Of a stretch of 50,489 nucleotides of DNA, positions 10,625-20,334 are shown in pieces. This stretch comes from a bacterium (GTDB taxonomy: Bacteria; UBA8248). Every line of letters starts with the position of its first letter. Positions within the stretch are counted from its first letter, which is position 1. A program made the position numbers and the translations under genes. The notes beneath the pieces were generated by a model. It did no database searches. It had not been told where the DNA came from and worked only from the letters and a program-made list of their open reading frames with translations. The DNA lies in assembly GCA_963692865.2 (NCBI GenBank), contig CAXXHI010000003.1, positions 1 through 50,489 of the forward strand, in the 5' to 3' direction.

Positions 10625-10706
10625 GAGATACCTCGCTAGGAATGAGAGAAACGGATGTTTTCGCCATTGTAGCAAAATTTCTGGACGAACGACGCCATGA
10701 GGAGAG

Positions 10707-11240
10707 ATGCCGATGAGCCGTCTTGCGCCGCTTGAGCCCGAGAACATGCCGCCCCGTCAACGAGATGCGTATGAGGAACTCATCGCCAACCAGCGCGGCG
10801 GCGTGCGCGGGCCTTTCGGCGTCTGGGTGCGAAGCCCCGGCCTCGTCATCGCCCTTCGCGGGCTGATGAAGTTTTATTACGAGGAAAGCGTCATCACCGA
10901 AGACATCCGCGAACTCGCCATCCTCATCACCACGCGCCATATGGGGGCGACCTACGCCTTCTCCGCCCACGAGGCGCAGGCGCTCGACAGCGGCCTTACG
11001 CCCTCCCTCGTGGCCGCCGTGATGGCGCAGGAGGCGCCTGTGGAGGGCACAGAGCTTGAGCTTTGCGTATACAGGTATTGCACCGAGCTGCTCGAAACCA
11101 AAAAGGCGTCGGACGCCGCCTACCGGGAGGCGTTCTCCCTGCTCGGGGAGAAGGGCGTGGTCGACCTCACCGCCCTCGTAGGCTTCTATTCGGCCATCTC
11201 ACTGACGCTGAACGCCTTCGAGATACCGCCCGTTACGTGA
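10707..11240 (+). CDS. Carboxymuconolactone decarboxylase family protein
   Basis: RG.V.GPF..W..SP, RELAIL, H...A...GL, G.VDL..LVGFY pattern; AGGAG RBS. Confidence 0.85.
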   Translation: MPMSRLAPLEPENMPPRQRDAYEELIANQRGGVRGPFGVWVRSPGLVIALRGLMKFYYEESVITEDIRELAILITTRHMGATYAFSAHEAQALDSGLTPSLVAAVMAQEAPVEGTELELCVYRYCTELLETKKASDAAYREAFSLLGEKGVVDLTALVGFYSAISLTLNAFEIPPVT

Positions 11241-11378
11241 GGGAAATTTCATTTTCTGTCATGAACATTAGTAGCAGTTCTGCCCGTCCTTCAGTTGTTT
11301 CCGCTTTTGTCGTCTGGCGGGCCGGAATTTCGCAATTGAGTTAGCGACAAAAAAACGAAAATATAATATCCTTCCAGT

Positions 11379-12722
11379 ATGGCAAGAAAAAGAACACACG
11401 AAATACGAGACCCCATTCATGTTTTCATCAGACTGGATTCTGATGAGAGGAAAGTTCTTGATTCGCCGCCATTTCAGCGATTGCGACATATTCACCAATT
11501 GGCCCTGACATATCTCGTCTATCCGGGTGCGACTCACAAGAGATTCGAGCATTCACTCGGCGTCATGGAGCTTGCAAGCAGGATTTATGATGTCGTGACG
11601 GAACCGGAGAATATTTATCAGGAGTCTGCATCCGTCAGGAACATGATTCCGAAGCATAGGGAGTTTGAGCATCTAAAATGGAGAAGGACGTTAAGACTCG
11701 CAGCGTTATGCCATGACTTGGGTCATCTGCCGTTTTCCCATGCGTCCGAAGCATTGTTGCCGCAGGGTTGGGATCATGAGCGCATGACGATGGAAATCAT
11801 ATTGAGCGAGCAAATGGCGAGCATTTTGGAAGAAATTGGCGTGCAGCCGAAAGACGTGGCGAAATTGGCGATTGGACCGAAGAAATCGAAACCCTATATG
11901 GATGTCGAGCTCGATTATTGGGAGAGCATTTTATCGGAAATCATCACGGGGGACGTGTTCGGCGCCGACAGGATGGATTATTTGCTGCGGGATTCCTATC
12001 ACGCGGGGGTCGCCTACGGGAAATTCGATCATCACCGTTTGATTGACACGATTAGGATATTGCCCAAGCAGGGAACGGATGATTCGCAAGAAACGGATAT
12101 TTCGGAAGAGCCGCATCTGGGTGTCGAGGAAGGCGGATTGGAATCCGCCGAGGCATTGTTGCTCGCGCGATATTTCATGTTTTCACAAATCTATTTTCAC
12201 CCCGTCCGCCTCATTTATGATGAGCATTTGTCGGATTTTTTGAAATCCTGGCTGGAGGGAGGGATGTTTCCGACGGATTGCCGAGGGCATTTGAAGCATA
12301 CGGATAATGAAGTAATATCCGCCATGTTATCCATAGCCAAAGATAAGTCTCACCCCGCCCATTTGCATGCTGACCGAATAATTCATCGGCGGCATTTCAG
12401 AAGTATTTACAGGTCTACTGCGGAAGATAGAAAACTTTCAGGTTTCAAACCTGGCAGGAAAATATATGAAGCTGCTTGCGAGATGTTCGGTGAGGAAAAT
12501 GTGAAGCATATTGAAAGAACTCAAACGAGAAGAATCAATGATTTCCCGGTTCTCGTACAAAGGGCGAGAATTACGGGCGCGTTGAGCGAGAAAGAAACTT
12601 TCTCGGGGGTTCCGCTGGCGTCCTGTGGGCATGTTTTCATTTCATCCGAAATGAGAGGTCGAGCCGGTAACTGGCTCAGAGAAAATAGAGAGAAAATCCT
12701 TTCATCCGTTGAGGGGGGGTAG
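11379..12722 (+). CDS. HD-domain phosphohydrolase, SAMHD1/YwfO-type dNTP triphosphohydrolase-like (copy 1)
   Basis: IRDPIH, FQRLR.I.QL, YPGATHKRFEHSLG, HDLGHLPFSH, HE, DRMDYLLRD and YFH motifs; AT-richer than its neighbours. Confidence 0.92.
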   Translation: MARKRTHEIRDPIHVFIRLDSDERKVLDSPPFQRLRHIHQLALTYLVYPGATHKRFEHSLGVMELASRIYDVVTEPENIYQESASVRNMIPKHREFEHLKWRRTLRLAALCHDLGHLPFSHASEALLPQGWDHERMTMEIILSEQMASILEEIGVQPKDVAKLAIGPKKSKPYMDVELDYWESILSEIITGDVFGADRMDYLLRDSYHAGVAYGKFDHHRLIDTIRILPKQGTDDSQETDISEEPHLGVEEGGLESAEALLLARYFMFSQIYFHPVRLIYDEHLSDFLKSWLEGGMFPTDCRGHLKHTDNEVISAMLSIAKDKSHPAHLHADRIIHRRHFRSIYRSTAEDRKLSGFKPGRKIYEAACEMFGEENVKHIERTQTRRINDFPVLVQRARITGALSEKETFSGVPLASCGHVFISSEMRGRAGNWLRENREKILSSVEGG

Positions 12723-12727
12723 GAGAT

Positions 12728-13267
12728 ATGGAGCGATTGGAGAGAGCCGCTGTTTTGCTGTCTTTGGTTGAGAAACTAAAAGACGGAGACAGTTGGTGCG
12801 GGGAGACGCACGTCCAGAAGAGCACCTATTTTTTACAGAATTTATGGGGTGTCCCGCTGGACCTCGATTTCATTCTCTATAAGTATGGCCCCTTTTCTTT
12901 TGACCTGGGCGATGAAATATCCTGGATGCGGGCGAACGACGTTCTCAAATTGCAGCCGCAGCGGCGTCCTTACGGACCGAAGATCGTGCCTGCTGAAAAC
13001 GCGGAACTCTTGAAGAGAACGTATCCGAAACAAATGGAGCGGTATGCCGATGAGGTTCAAAAGGTCGCGGATGAATTCGCCTATATGGGCGTGGCGACCC
13101 TGGAGAGATACGCGACGGCGCATTACGTCTCGCAAAATTACGAAGAAGTGGGCGAAGGCGGGATCGCGGCGAAAATCGCCGAATTGAAGCCGCACATCAG
13201 CCATGTCCAGGCGGAGGAAGCCGTCGCGTTTGTTGCTCAGTTAAGAAGCGATTTGTCGGATTTGTGA
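12728..13267 (+). CDS. YwgA-like / DUF4065-related winged-helix protein (copy 1)
   Basis: G.T.VQKSTYFLQ, F.LYKYGPFS..L, LE..AT..Y and KP motifs; starts 5 nt after the HD stop with an AGGAG RBS. Confidence 0.75.
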   Translation: MERLERAAVLLSLVEKLKDGDSWCGETHVQKSTYFLQNLWGVPLDLDFILYKYGPFSFDLGDEISWMRANDVLKLQPQRRPYGPKIVPAENAELLKRTYPKQMERYADEVQKVADEFAYMGVATLERYATAHYVSQNYEEVGEGGIAAKIAELKPHISHVQAEEAVAFVAQLRSDLSDL

Positions 13268-13344
13268 GTGATGCGCACTCGTCTTTTTTGACCAACAAGA
13301 ATCCTTTTCTCTGCGATTAACATAAATGGCCAGCAGGCATGCCC

Positions 13345-14871
13345 TCACTCCGGCGCCCGGCCGCTGCGCTGCGTCATGCCCAGCAGCCTTTCCCGGATTT
13401 CTCCGTTCCATGCGCCCTCGCGCATCCGCCAGACCCAGTTGCCCTGCGGGACGCCGGGGCGGTTCATGCGGCCCTCGTTGCCGAGACCCAGGACGTCCTG
13501 GGCGGGGATGACGGCGAGGGCGGCTTGGGACTTCATCGCCGCGCGGATCATCGACCAGTGGATGTCCTCGGGTTCGCCGCCGAAGGTTCTGAGCGCCGTG
13601 GCGCGCGAGATGGCGAAGCCGGCGGGCGTCTCGTTGCGCAGAATCGGGTCCGCGCCGTGGAACCAGCCGAGAGCCGTGTCGTTGTCGTGCGTGCCGGTGT
13701 AGACCACCGCGTTCTCGGGAATGTTGTGGGGCAGATGGGGGTTGTCCGGGCTGCCGTCGAATGCGAACTGCAGGACGCGCATGCCGGGCAGGCTGAAGCG
13801 ATCCCGCAGCGCGTGAACGTCGTTTCCCACCGAACCCAGATCCTCGGCGATGAGCGGCAGCGCGCCCAATTCCTCCTCCATGGCGCTGAAAAAGGCCTCC
13901 CCCGGTCCCTCGCGCCAGGCGCCGTCTTTGGGTGATTCGGCGCCCGCCGGGATCGCCCAGAAGCGCGCGAAGCCGATGAAATGATCGAGGCGCAAGGCGT
14001 CGAACCGTTCAACGTTCACGGCGAGGCGCATCTTCCACCAGGCGAAATTCTCCCCACGGTGCGCGGCCCAGTCGTAGAGGGGATTCCCCCAGTGCTGGCC
14101 ATCCTGGTTGAAGTAATCGGGCGGCGCGCCCGCATAGGCGATCGGTCGGCGCGCCTCATCGAGTTCGAACAGGTGCGTCCGCGCCCATACGTCCGCCGAG
14201 TCATGGGCGACGTAGATGGGAATATCCCCGATGAGGCCGACTCCTTTCCCGGCGGCGTAGTCCTTGAGGGCGCGCCACTGGCGGTCGAAAAGAAACTGCT
14301 CGAAGCGCGTGTAGCGAACGTTTTTTTCGAACTCGGGATCATCGGGGTCATTGTGCCTTGCATCATCGGGCCATTCCCACCAGGGAGATCCGCCGAAGGC
14401 GCGCTTGAGCGCACGGAACCGCGCGTAATCGGTCAGCCAGCCGGCCTGGGCTTCGCAGAACCCGGAATACGCCGCGTCATTCGTCCCGCCGCCGTTAGAG
14501 AAGACCTCGAACGCCTCCGCGAGCAGCGATTCGTGTACCTGGAGCGTCTGGGCAGGCTCGATATCCCCATCGTCGGGCAGACGATGGTTCTCCAAATTTT
14601 CCGGGGAGAGCAGCCCCTCTTCTACGAGCGCATCGAGCGATATCAGCAACGGGTTTCCAGCAAAGGTGGATGAGGAAACGTAAGGCGAGCCCGTCTCGTC
14701 GGTGGGGCATACGGGCAGCATCTGCCACCAGCCCTGGCCGGAGGATGCGAGCAGATCGACGAACTCGAACGCTCCCGGCCCCAGATCGCCGAAGCCCGCC
14801 TCGCTCGGCAGCGAGGTGGGGTGGAGCAGGATGCCGCTCTTTCTGGCGTGAAGCGGATTCTCGGGGCTCAT
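13345..14871 (-). CDS. malQ: 4-alpha-glucanotransferase (amylomaltase, GH77)
   Basis: SGILLHPTSLP, GDIPIYV..DSADVW, GAPPDYF..GQ.WGNP, R.DHF.GF, IAEDLG, YTGTHDNDT, RMNRPG..GNW motifs. Confidence 0.96.
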   Translation of the reverse strand: MSPENPLHARKSGILLHPTSLPSEAGFGDLGPGAFEFVDLLASSGQGWWQMLPVCPTDETGSPYVSSSTFAGNPLLISLDALVEEGLLSPENLENHRLPDDGDIEPAQTLQVHESLLAEAFEVFSNGGGTNDAAYSGFCEAQAGWLTDYARFRALKRAFGGSPWWEWPDDARHNDPDDPEFEKNVRYTRFEQFLFDRQWRALKDYAAGKGVGLIGDIPIYVAHDSADVWARTHLFELDEARRPIAYAGAPPDYFNQDGQHWGNPLYDWAAHRGENFAWWKMRLAVNVERFDALRLDHFIGFARFWAIPAGAESPKDGAWREGPGEAFFSAMEEELGALPLIAEDLGSVGNDVHALRDRFSLPGMRVLQFAFDGSPDNPHLPHNIPENAVVYTGTHDNDTALGWFHGADPILRNETPAGFAISRATALRTFGGEPEDIHWSMIRAAMKSQAALAVIPAQDVLGLGNEGRMNRPGVPQGNWVWRMREGAWNGEIRERLLGMTQRSGRAPE

Positions 14872-14992
14872 GTGCAAGGCTCATCAGTTCGAAAAGCGTT
14901 TCTCGCAGTCGCTTCATCTCGCGTCGGGCGCGTCGCTTGACTGATCATATCGCATGGGCGGGGCGTATGTTCAAGCTCCGCCGGGTCTTGGC

Positions 14993-16093
14993 CTAGTGTC
15001 CCTCCCCGAGGGGGAGCTTCACGGCGTCGCCTGTGCGGGCCGATTCCTCCATGGCGATGGTCACCTCGAGCGTCTGGCGCGCGTCTTCCGCCGTGGCGAG
15101 GTGGCAGGGGCGCCCCGTGGACAGGTGATCCAGCCAGCTCCTGGTTTCATCGCCGATGGGGCCGTACATGGTGTCGAGCGCCCAGTCGCCGGACGACGTG
15201 CTGCCGAGAAAGACCATCGGCAAATTGTGGTCGGGCACATAGGCGTGCGGATAGCCCTTTTCGGTGTAGAGGATATTCTCCTTGTGGTCCTCATCGAAGA
15301 GCATCACCCCGTCCGTGCCGATGACTTCCAGGCGGATGCTCTGCCCCGCCGTCGGGTACTTCGCGGGAAGCGCGTAGCAGATGCCGAGGTTTACGGTGGC
15401 GCCGTCGGCGAAGGTGATGATCGCCCAGCTCACGTCGTCCACATTGGGATAGCCCGCCTCCTTGAAGACGAAACCGCCTCCCCGGCATATCACCTCCACC
15501 GGCGGGTTTCCCTCCATGAACCAGCACATCATGTCGACCCAGTAGGTGAGCACGTCGAGAACAGGCGTGGCGTCCGCCGAGCGCTTGAGTATCTCGAACG
15601 CCTGCGCCCTGGTGTTGAACACGCGGCCCGTCGCGCCGATGAGCCTGCCCAGGCGGCCCTCCTTGATTTGTTCTTTCCCCAGGAAATAGCGCCGCTTGTA
15701 GCGCATGATGTAGCCCACGTGGAGGTCGGCCTCGTATCTTTCCGCCGCGCTCAAGAGCCGGTCGGCGTCCTCCAGCGTCATGGCGATGGGCTTTTCCACG
15801 AGCACGGGCTTGCCGAGCTCTAAAGCCTGAAGCACCGGCTCCACGTGGGCGAACTCCGAAGTCGAGACGATGACGGCGCCCACGTCGGGATGGGAGATGA
15901 CCTCCTCGTTACTCCCGGACGCCACCTGCGCGCCCATGCGTTCGCCCAGGGCTTTCGCGCGCTCGGGTTCGGCGTCCGAAATCGCCAGAAAGCGAACGGC
16001 GGGGTGCTGCGCCGCGAGGCGCGAGCGGTGCGCGCCGATTCTTCCGGCGCCCACGACGGCTACCCCGAGTTCTTTCCTGTCGAAAAGCGTCAA
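14993..16093 (-). CDS. Gfo/Idh/MocA family oxidoreductase
   Basis: VVGAGRIG and VLVEKP motifs. Confidence 0.9.
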   Translation of the reverse strand: MTLFDRKELGVAVVGAGRIGAHRSRLAAQHPAVRFLAISDAEPERAKALGERMGAQVASGSNEEVISHPDVGAVIVSTSEFAHVEPVLQALELGKPVLVEKPIAMTLEDADRLLSAAERYEADLHVGYIMRYKRRYFLGKEQIKEGRLGRLIGATGRVFNTRAQAFEILKRSADATPVLDVLTYWVDMMCWFMEGNPPVEVICRGGGFVFKEAGYPNVDDVSWAIITFADGATVNLGICYALPAKYPTAGQSIRLEVIGTDGVMLFDEDHKENILYTEKGYPHAYVPDHNLPMVFLGSTSSGDWALDTMYGPIGDETRSWLDHLSTGRPCHLATAEDARQTLEVTIAMEESARTGDAVKLPLGEGH

Positions 16094-16241
16094 CGCGGGC
16101 CTCCTGCATGATGTCGGATGGAAACGGCGCGGACATTCTACGCCGCGCGTCAGCCGCCTTCAATCGGAATGCGGGTGGTAGGGCCTCGTTTGACTGTCCG
16201 GGAATTTTCTTGCGTCTTGCCGGAATCAGGATGGACGCGCC

Positions 16242-17462
16242 TCAAAGAAGCAGGCGGTCGTCCATGCGCGAGCGCGTCAGCACCTCGTGCCCCTCTTCGG
16301 TGATGAGCACCGTCTCCTCGATGCGCACGCCGCCGCCACCGGGCACGTCGGGCACCCAGATGAGCGGCTCGATGGCGAACACCATCCCCGGCTCCAGGTC
16401 GACTTCTTCGGAATCGGGGTCGGGTTCCCCGATGTAGGGAGGCTCGTTGGGCGATGTGCCCACCGCGTGGCCGATGCTGAGCGAAAACCAGTTTTTTCTC
16501 AAGCCGTACTTCTCGCCCGTCTCCCAGATTCGCTCGGCCACCTGCTTGTTCGTGAAACCGGGGCGGGTGCGATCGAGTCCCAACTCCAGCGATTCATGTA
16601 CGGCCGTGTAGATTTCCTTTTGCCGTTTCGAGGGTTTTCCGCAGATCATCGTTCGGGCCACGTCGCCGAAATATCCGTTCCACTGCGCGCCGATGTCGAT
16701 GAACACCAGGTCGCCGCTGCGGATGATCTTGTCGCTCGCGAAGCGGTAAGGCGGCGACATGTGCTCTCCCGAGGCGACGAAGGGGGAGACCAGATGCGCC
16801 ATTTCGCCACCGTAGTGGTGGAGCACCTTCATGGCGTCCGCCGCCACGTCGCACTCGCGCTTTCCCGCCCGCACGCTGTCCATGGCCTCCTCGTTCACGG
16901 CGTCGGCGATCGCGCAGGCCTCGCGGATCATGTAGACCTCCTCGGGCATCTTGTGACGCCGCACCTTGTGCATGAACGAATCGCCGTTCACGAACTCCAC
17001 GTCGCCCAGATGCTTCTGGTAGGCGCTGAACTGGATGAACGTCATCAGGTCCAGGCCCACCCGCTTGCCGATGAGGCCCAGCTCCTCGAAAAGCGGGCGC
17101 AGCGTCTCGCGGATCATCTTGTCCACGAGGGGCTGTTCCTCCATCTTCGCGAGGTGATGGAATTTCTCTATCCAGGGCATGTCGCGCGAGACGCGGGGTA
17201 TCTCGCCCCCGTTGGTCATGATGTGGGCTCTCCCCTCCCTGGGGAGGATGACGGCGTTTCTCGTTCCCTCGCGGTGCGCCAGGAAAGAAGAGCGCATGCT
17301 CGTGAGGTAGCGCACGTTTTCGACCTTCCAGAGGAAAAGTGCGTCGATATCCGCCTCGGCCATCGCCTTTTGCGCCTTGTCCACGCGCTTTTGGCGGAGT
17401 GCGCCCACGTCGACGCGTTCCTCGTAGTCGACGTTGAATTGGCCCCGCGCGAATCCCGGCAT
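16242..17462 (-). CDS. M24 family (Xaa-Pro peptidase-like) metallohydrolase
   Basis: Metal ligands intact: IDIG..GDVAR, GHAVG, AIEP, RIEET. Confidence 0.9.
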   Translation of the reverse strand: MPGFARGQFNVDYEERVDVGALRQKRVDKAQKAMAEADIDALFLWKVENVRYLTSMRSSFLAHREGTRNAVILPREGRAHIMTNGGEIPRVSRDMPWIEKFHHLAKMEEQPLVDKMIRETLRPLFEELGLIGKRVGLDLMTFIQFSAYQKHLGDVEFVNGDSFMHKVRRHKMPEEVYMIREACAIADAVNEEAMDSVRAGKRECDVAADAMKVLHHYGGEMAHLVSPFVASGEHMSPPYRFASDKIIRSGDLVFIDIGAQWNGYFGDVARTMICGKPSKRQKEIYTAVHESLELGLDRTRPGFTNKQVAERIWETGEKYGLRKNWFSLSIGHAVGTSPNEPPYIGEPDPDSEEVDLEPGMVFAIEPLIWVPDVPGGGGVRIEETVLITEEGHEVLTRSRMDDRLLL

Positions 17463-17532
17463 ACCTTTGGTCTCCTCTGGCGGGACGCCCGCGCGGCGCC
17501 CCGAATGCTCTGTATGAAAAAGTGAATCGTTT

Positions 17533-17913
17533 CTAGGGTTCTTCCACCAGCTCGATCACGACGCTATCGGGCGCGATGATGAAGGCAGTACGCGAACCCA
17601 GAACGCCGTCTCCCGGTTTTTTCGTGAAGACGACGCCCGCCTTCTCCAGGCGTTGGGCCACCTCGTCGATGCCTTCCACCTGGATTCCGAAGTGGTGGAG
17701 GCCGCGCCCCACCTCCGCGGTGGAATCGTCCTCGTCGGCCCTTAAGCCGCGAATGCGGATCTCCACCTCCCCGAGCATCACGCTGATGTAGGGGGAGCCG
17801 CGGTATTCGATCTCGGGCGTGAACAACTCGCCGCCGAAGTGGTTGATGTAGAAATCCGCCGCCGCCTGCGGGTCCTTGGCGACGTGGTGCACGTGATGGG
17901 TTCGTGAGGCCAC
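17533..17913 (-). CDS. VOC/glyoxalase family protein
   Basis: HHVH..FY...FG, GLHHFG, F..PD...IELVE motifs. Confidence 0.9.
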   Translation of the reverse strand: MASRTHHVHHVAKDPQAAADFYINHFGGELFTPEIEYRGSPYISVMLGEVEIRIRGLRADEDDSTAEVGRGLHHFGIQVEGIDEVAQRLEKAGVVFTKKPGDGVLGSRTAFIIAPDSVVIELVEEP

Positions 17914-17942
17914 CCTTTTTTCCTCCCTTGTTCTCGATGGGT

Positions 17943-19220
17943 CTAGAGGCCGTCGCCGACGGCGACGTATGCGCCGCCGGGCACGGGGTTTTCATCCTCG
18001 CTTCGCGCGCCCCACTCGCCGGTGATGGCGTACATCGCGCGCACCTTCTTCATGTTGTTTCCGCCGTCGCTGGAGAAGAGCATGTTGTGCGTGTCGCGGA
18101 ACCATTTCTCGAGGAAATTCTCGCGCTGCACGCCCTCGCCCGCGTGAATCTCCATCGCCATCTTCGTCACGTCGCAGGAGATCTCGTGCGCGAAGGCGCT
18201 GGCGGTGAGCGTCATCGGCGGGTCGACGGGAATCTCGTGGCGCATGTCCTGGCGCCACGCCGCGTAGTGCACGTAGGCGCGCGCCGCCTGGATTTTCGTG
18301 TACATGTCGACGAGCTTGATGCCGACCGACTGGTGGTGCGCGATGGGGCGTCCGCTTTGTTTGCGGTTTTGCGCGAATTCGAGCGATTTCTCATACGCCG
18401 CGCGCGCCACGCCAATCTGGCCCGCCGCGTTGATGAGGGCGTCGCCGCGCAGGTGGCGCCGGATATAGGAAACGCCGCAGTTCTCGGGGCCCAGGCGGTA
18501 TTTCGCGGGGATTATCGCGTCCTCGAAAATGATCTCCGCGTTCTGGTTCAGGCGGTAGCCCATCTTGTTGTGCACCTTGCCCATCTTCACGCCGGGCGCG
18601 TCCATGGGCACCATGAGGAGGGAAGCCCCCTGCTCGACGCCCACGTCGGGGTTCGTGCGGACGAACGTGAACATGAGCCGCGCCCAGCCGACGTTCGAGA
18701 TGAAGTGCTTCTTCCCGTTCACGATGTAGTTGTCGCCGTCGAGCACGGCGGTGGTCTGGTATCCGCCGTCCGCCCCGTTGTAGGGAATCTGGTTCTCGGA
18801 ACCGGATATAGGCTCGGTCGTCGCCGTGCCGATCAGGAACGTGGGGTCGCTCACGTACTCGCGCATCCAGTAGTCCGCCAGTTCCGGGTCTCCCAGAAGC
18901 TCGCTCGCGAGGATGTGGGCGATCTTCGTGGAGGAGAGCATGAACCCCGTGGCGCCCCTGTCTCCCCAGGAGATCTCCTCGCCCACGATGCAGTGCGTGA
19001 GCAGATCGTCCACGCCGCCGCCCCCGTATTCCTTGGGGATGCTCATCGTTCTGAGACCCGTCTTGTCGAGTTTTTCGAGAAGGTGGGGCATGTAGGCGCA
19101 ATCGAGCGGGTCTTCCTGATGGTCCAGCTCCAGGCTGATGGGCCGGATTTCATCCCGCGCGAATTCATGCGCTATTCTCTGATATTCTTTTTGCTCATCG
19201 GTCATTCGGTAGTCGTACAT
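17943..19220 (-). CDS. Acyl-CoA dehydrogenase family protein
   Basis: IPKEYGGGG, TEP..GSE, NGKKHFISN, R.Q.G.PI..HQ motifs. Confidence 0.92.
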   Translation of the reverse strand: MYDYRMTDEQKEYQRIAHEFARDEIRPISLELDHQEDPLDCAYMPHLLEKLDKTGLRTMSIPKEYGGGGVDDLLTHCIVGEEISWGDRGATGFMLSSTKIAHILASELLGDPELADYWMREYVSDPTFLIGTATTEPISGSENQIPYNGADGGYQTTAVLDGDNYIVNGKKHFISNVGWARLMFTFVRTNPDVGVEQGASLLMVPMDAPGVKMGKVHNKMGYRLNQNAEIIFEDAIIPAKYRLGPENCGVSYIRRHLRGDALINAAGQIGVARAAYEKSLEFAQNRKQSGRPIAHHQSVGIKLVDMYTKIQAARAYVHYAAWRQDMRHEIPVDPPMTLTASAFAHEISCDVTKMAMEIHAGEGVQRENFLEKWFRDTHNMLFSSDGGNNMKKVRAMYAITGEWGARSEDENPVPGGAYVAVGDGL

Positions 19221-19274
19221 CGGTCTCCTTCCTTCCAGTGATGGGCGGGTCTACCCCGCCGGAGCCATTCGCGC

Positions 19275-20309
19275 CTAGTCGACTTCTTCTAGCACCTCCG
19301 CCACTTCCACGGGCTCGCCGCGCTCCCATGAGCGCATGGCCGCCCACACGGCGCCCAGAACGTGGAGTCCTTCCGCGCCGCCCACCTCGGGCGGGCGGTT
19401 ATCCCGGACGGCGCCTGCGAAATCCTTGAACTCTTCTATCAGGTAATCCTGCCTGGGGTGTTCCTCATAAGGGATCTCTTCGCGCTTCTCCCCGTCTTTG
19501 CGCAGGATTTTGATGCCCTCCCATCTGTCGTGGTAGAGGTTCGCCTCATCCCCGTAGGCGTTCATGAAATAGGTGTAACGCCCGTTCGGCGTGCGCGGGC
19601 TGATGAAGCTCGTCCCCAGCGTGCCGAGCAGGCCGGATTCGAATTCGAACCACACGACGCTCACGTCGGGAATTTCCGATTTTGTCTTTATTTTGCTGAA
19701 CGCCGCGGACGCGCGCTTTATCGGCCCGTAGAGATAGAGCAGGTTGTCCACCTGGTGTATGGCCACCTGGAGCAGCGGGCCGCCGGGGGAGCCTTCCTTG
19801 TACCATTGCCAGTTGTCCGGCGTGTAGTGAAGCCCCCGGTCGTTCGAGTAATTGGTCTCGGCCATCGCCAGGGTGCCGATGGTTCCCTCATCGAGCAGTT
19901 GCTTGAAGAGGCGATGGCCCCTGAGCCATCTCGAACTCGCGCCGACCGCCAGGGTGACGCCGGCGTCCTCACAGACGCGGATCATCTTCTTGGCATCCGG
20001 GATGGAGGCGGCGATCGGCTTGTCGACGAGCACGTGCTTCCCCTGCTCGGCCGCCGCTATCGCGAGTTCGGCGTGCTTGTTGTTGGGCGCCGCGATGACC
20101 ACGGCGTCCACATCGGGATGCCGGACCACCGCCTCGTAGCTCGCCTCCTCCCCGCATGAGAATTTCTCGGTGAACGCCCTGCGTTTTTCGGGCGTTCGGG
20201 TGAAGCACGTGGTGATTTTCATCCCGGGCGTTCTTTCGATATAGGACGCCAGGGTGTTGCCCCAGCGGCCCAGCCCGACCACGGCCACCTTGAGTGGATC
20301 GCTCATCAA
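19275..20309 (-). CDS. Gfo/Idh/MocA family oxidoreductase
   Basis: VVGLGRWG and HVLVDKP motifs. Confidence 0.9.
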   Translation of the reverse strand: MMSDPLKVAVVGLGRWGNTLASYIERTPGMKITTCFTRTPEKRRAFTEKFSCGEEASYEAVVRHPDVDAVVIAAPNNKHAELAIAAAEQGKHVLVDKPIAASIPDAKKMIRVCEDAGVTLAVGASSRWLRGHRLFKQLLDEGTIGTLAMAETNYSNDRGLHYTPDNWQWYKEGSPGGPLLQVAIHQVDNLLYLYGPIKRASAAFSKIKTKSEIPDVSVVWFEFESGLLGTLGTSFISPRTPNGRYTYFMNAYGDEANLYHDRWEGIKILRKDGEKREEIPYEEHPRQDYLIEEFKDFAGAVRDNRPPEVGGAEGLHVLGAVWAAMRSWERGEPVEVAEVLEEVD

Positions 20310-20334
20310 ATTTCTCTCCTCATTCCGTAACGAC

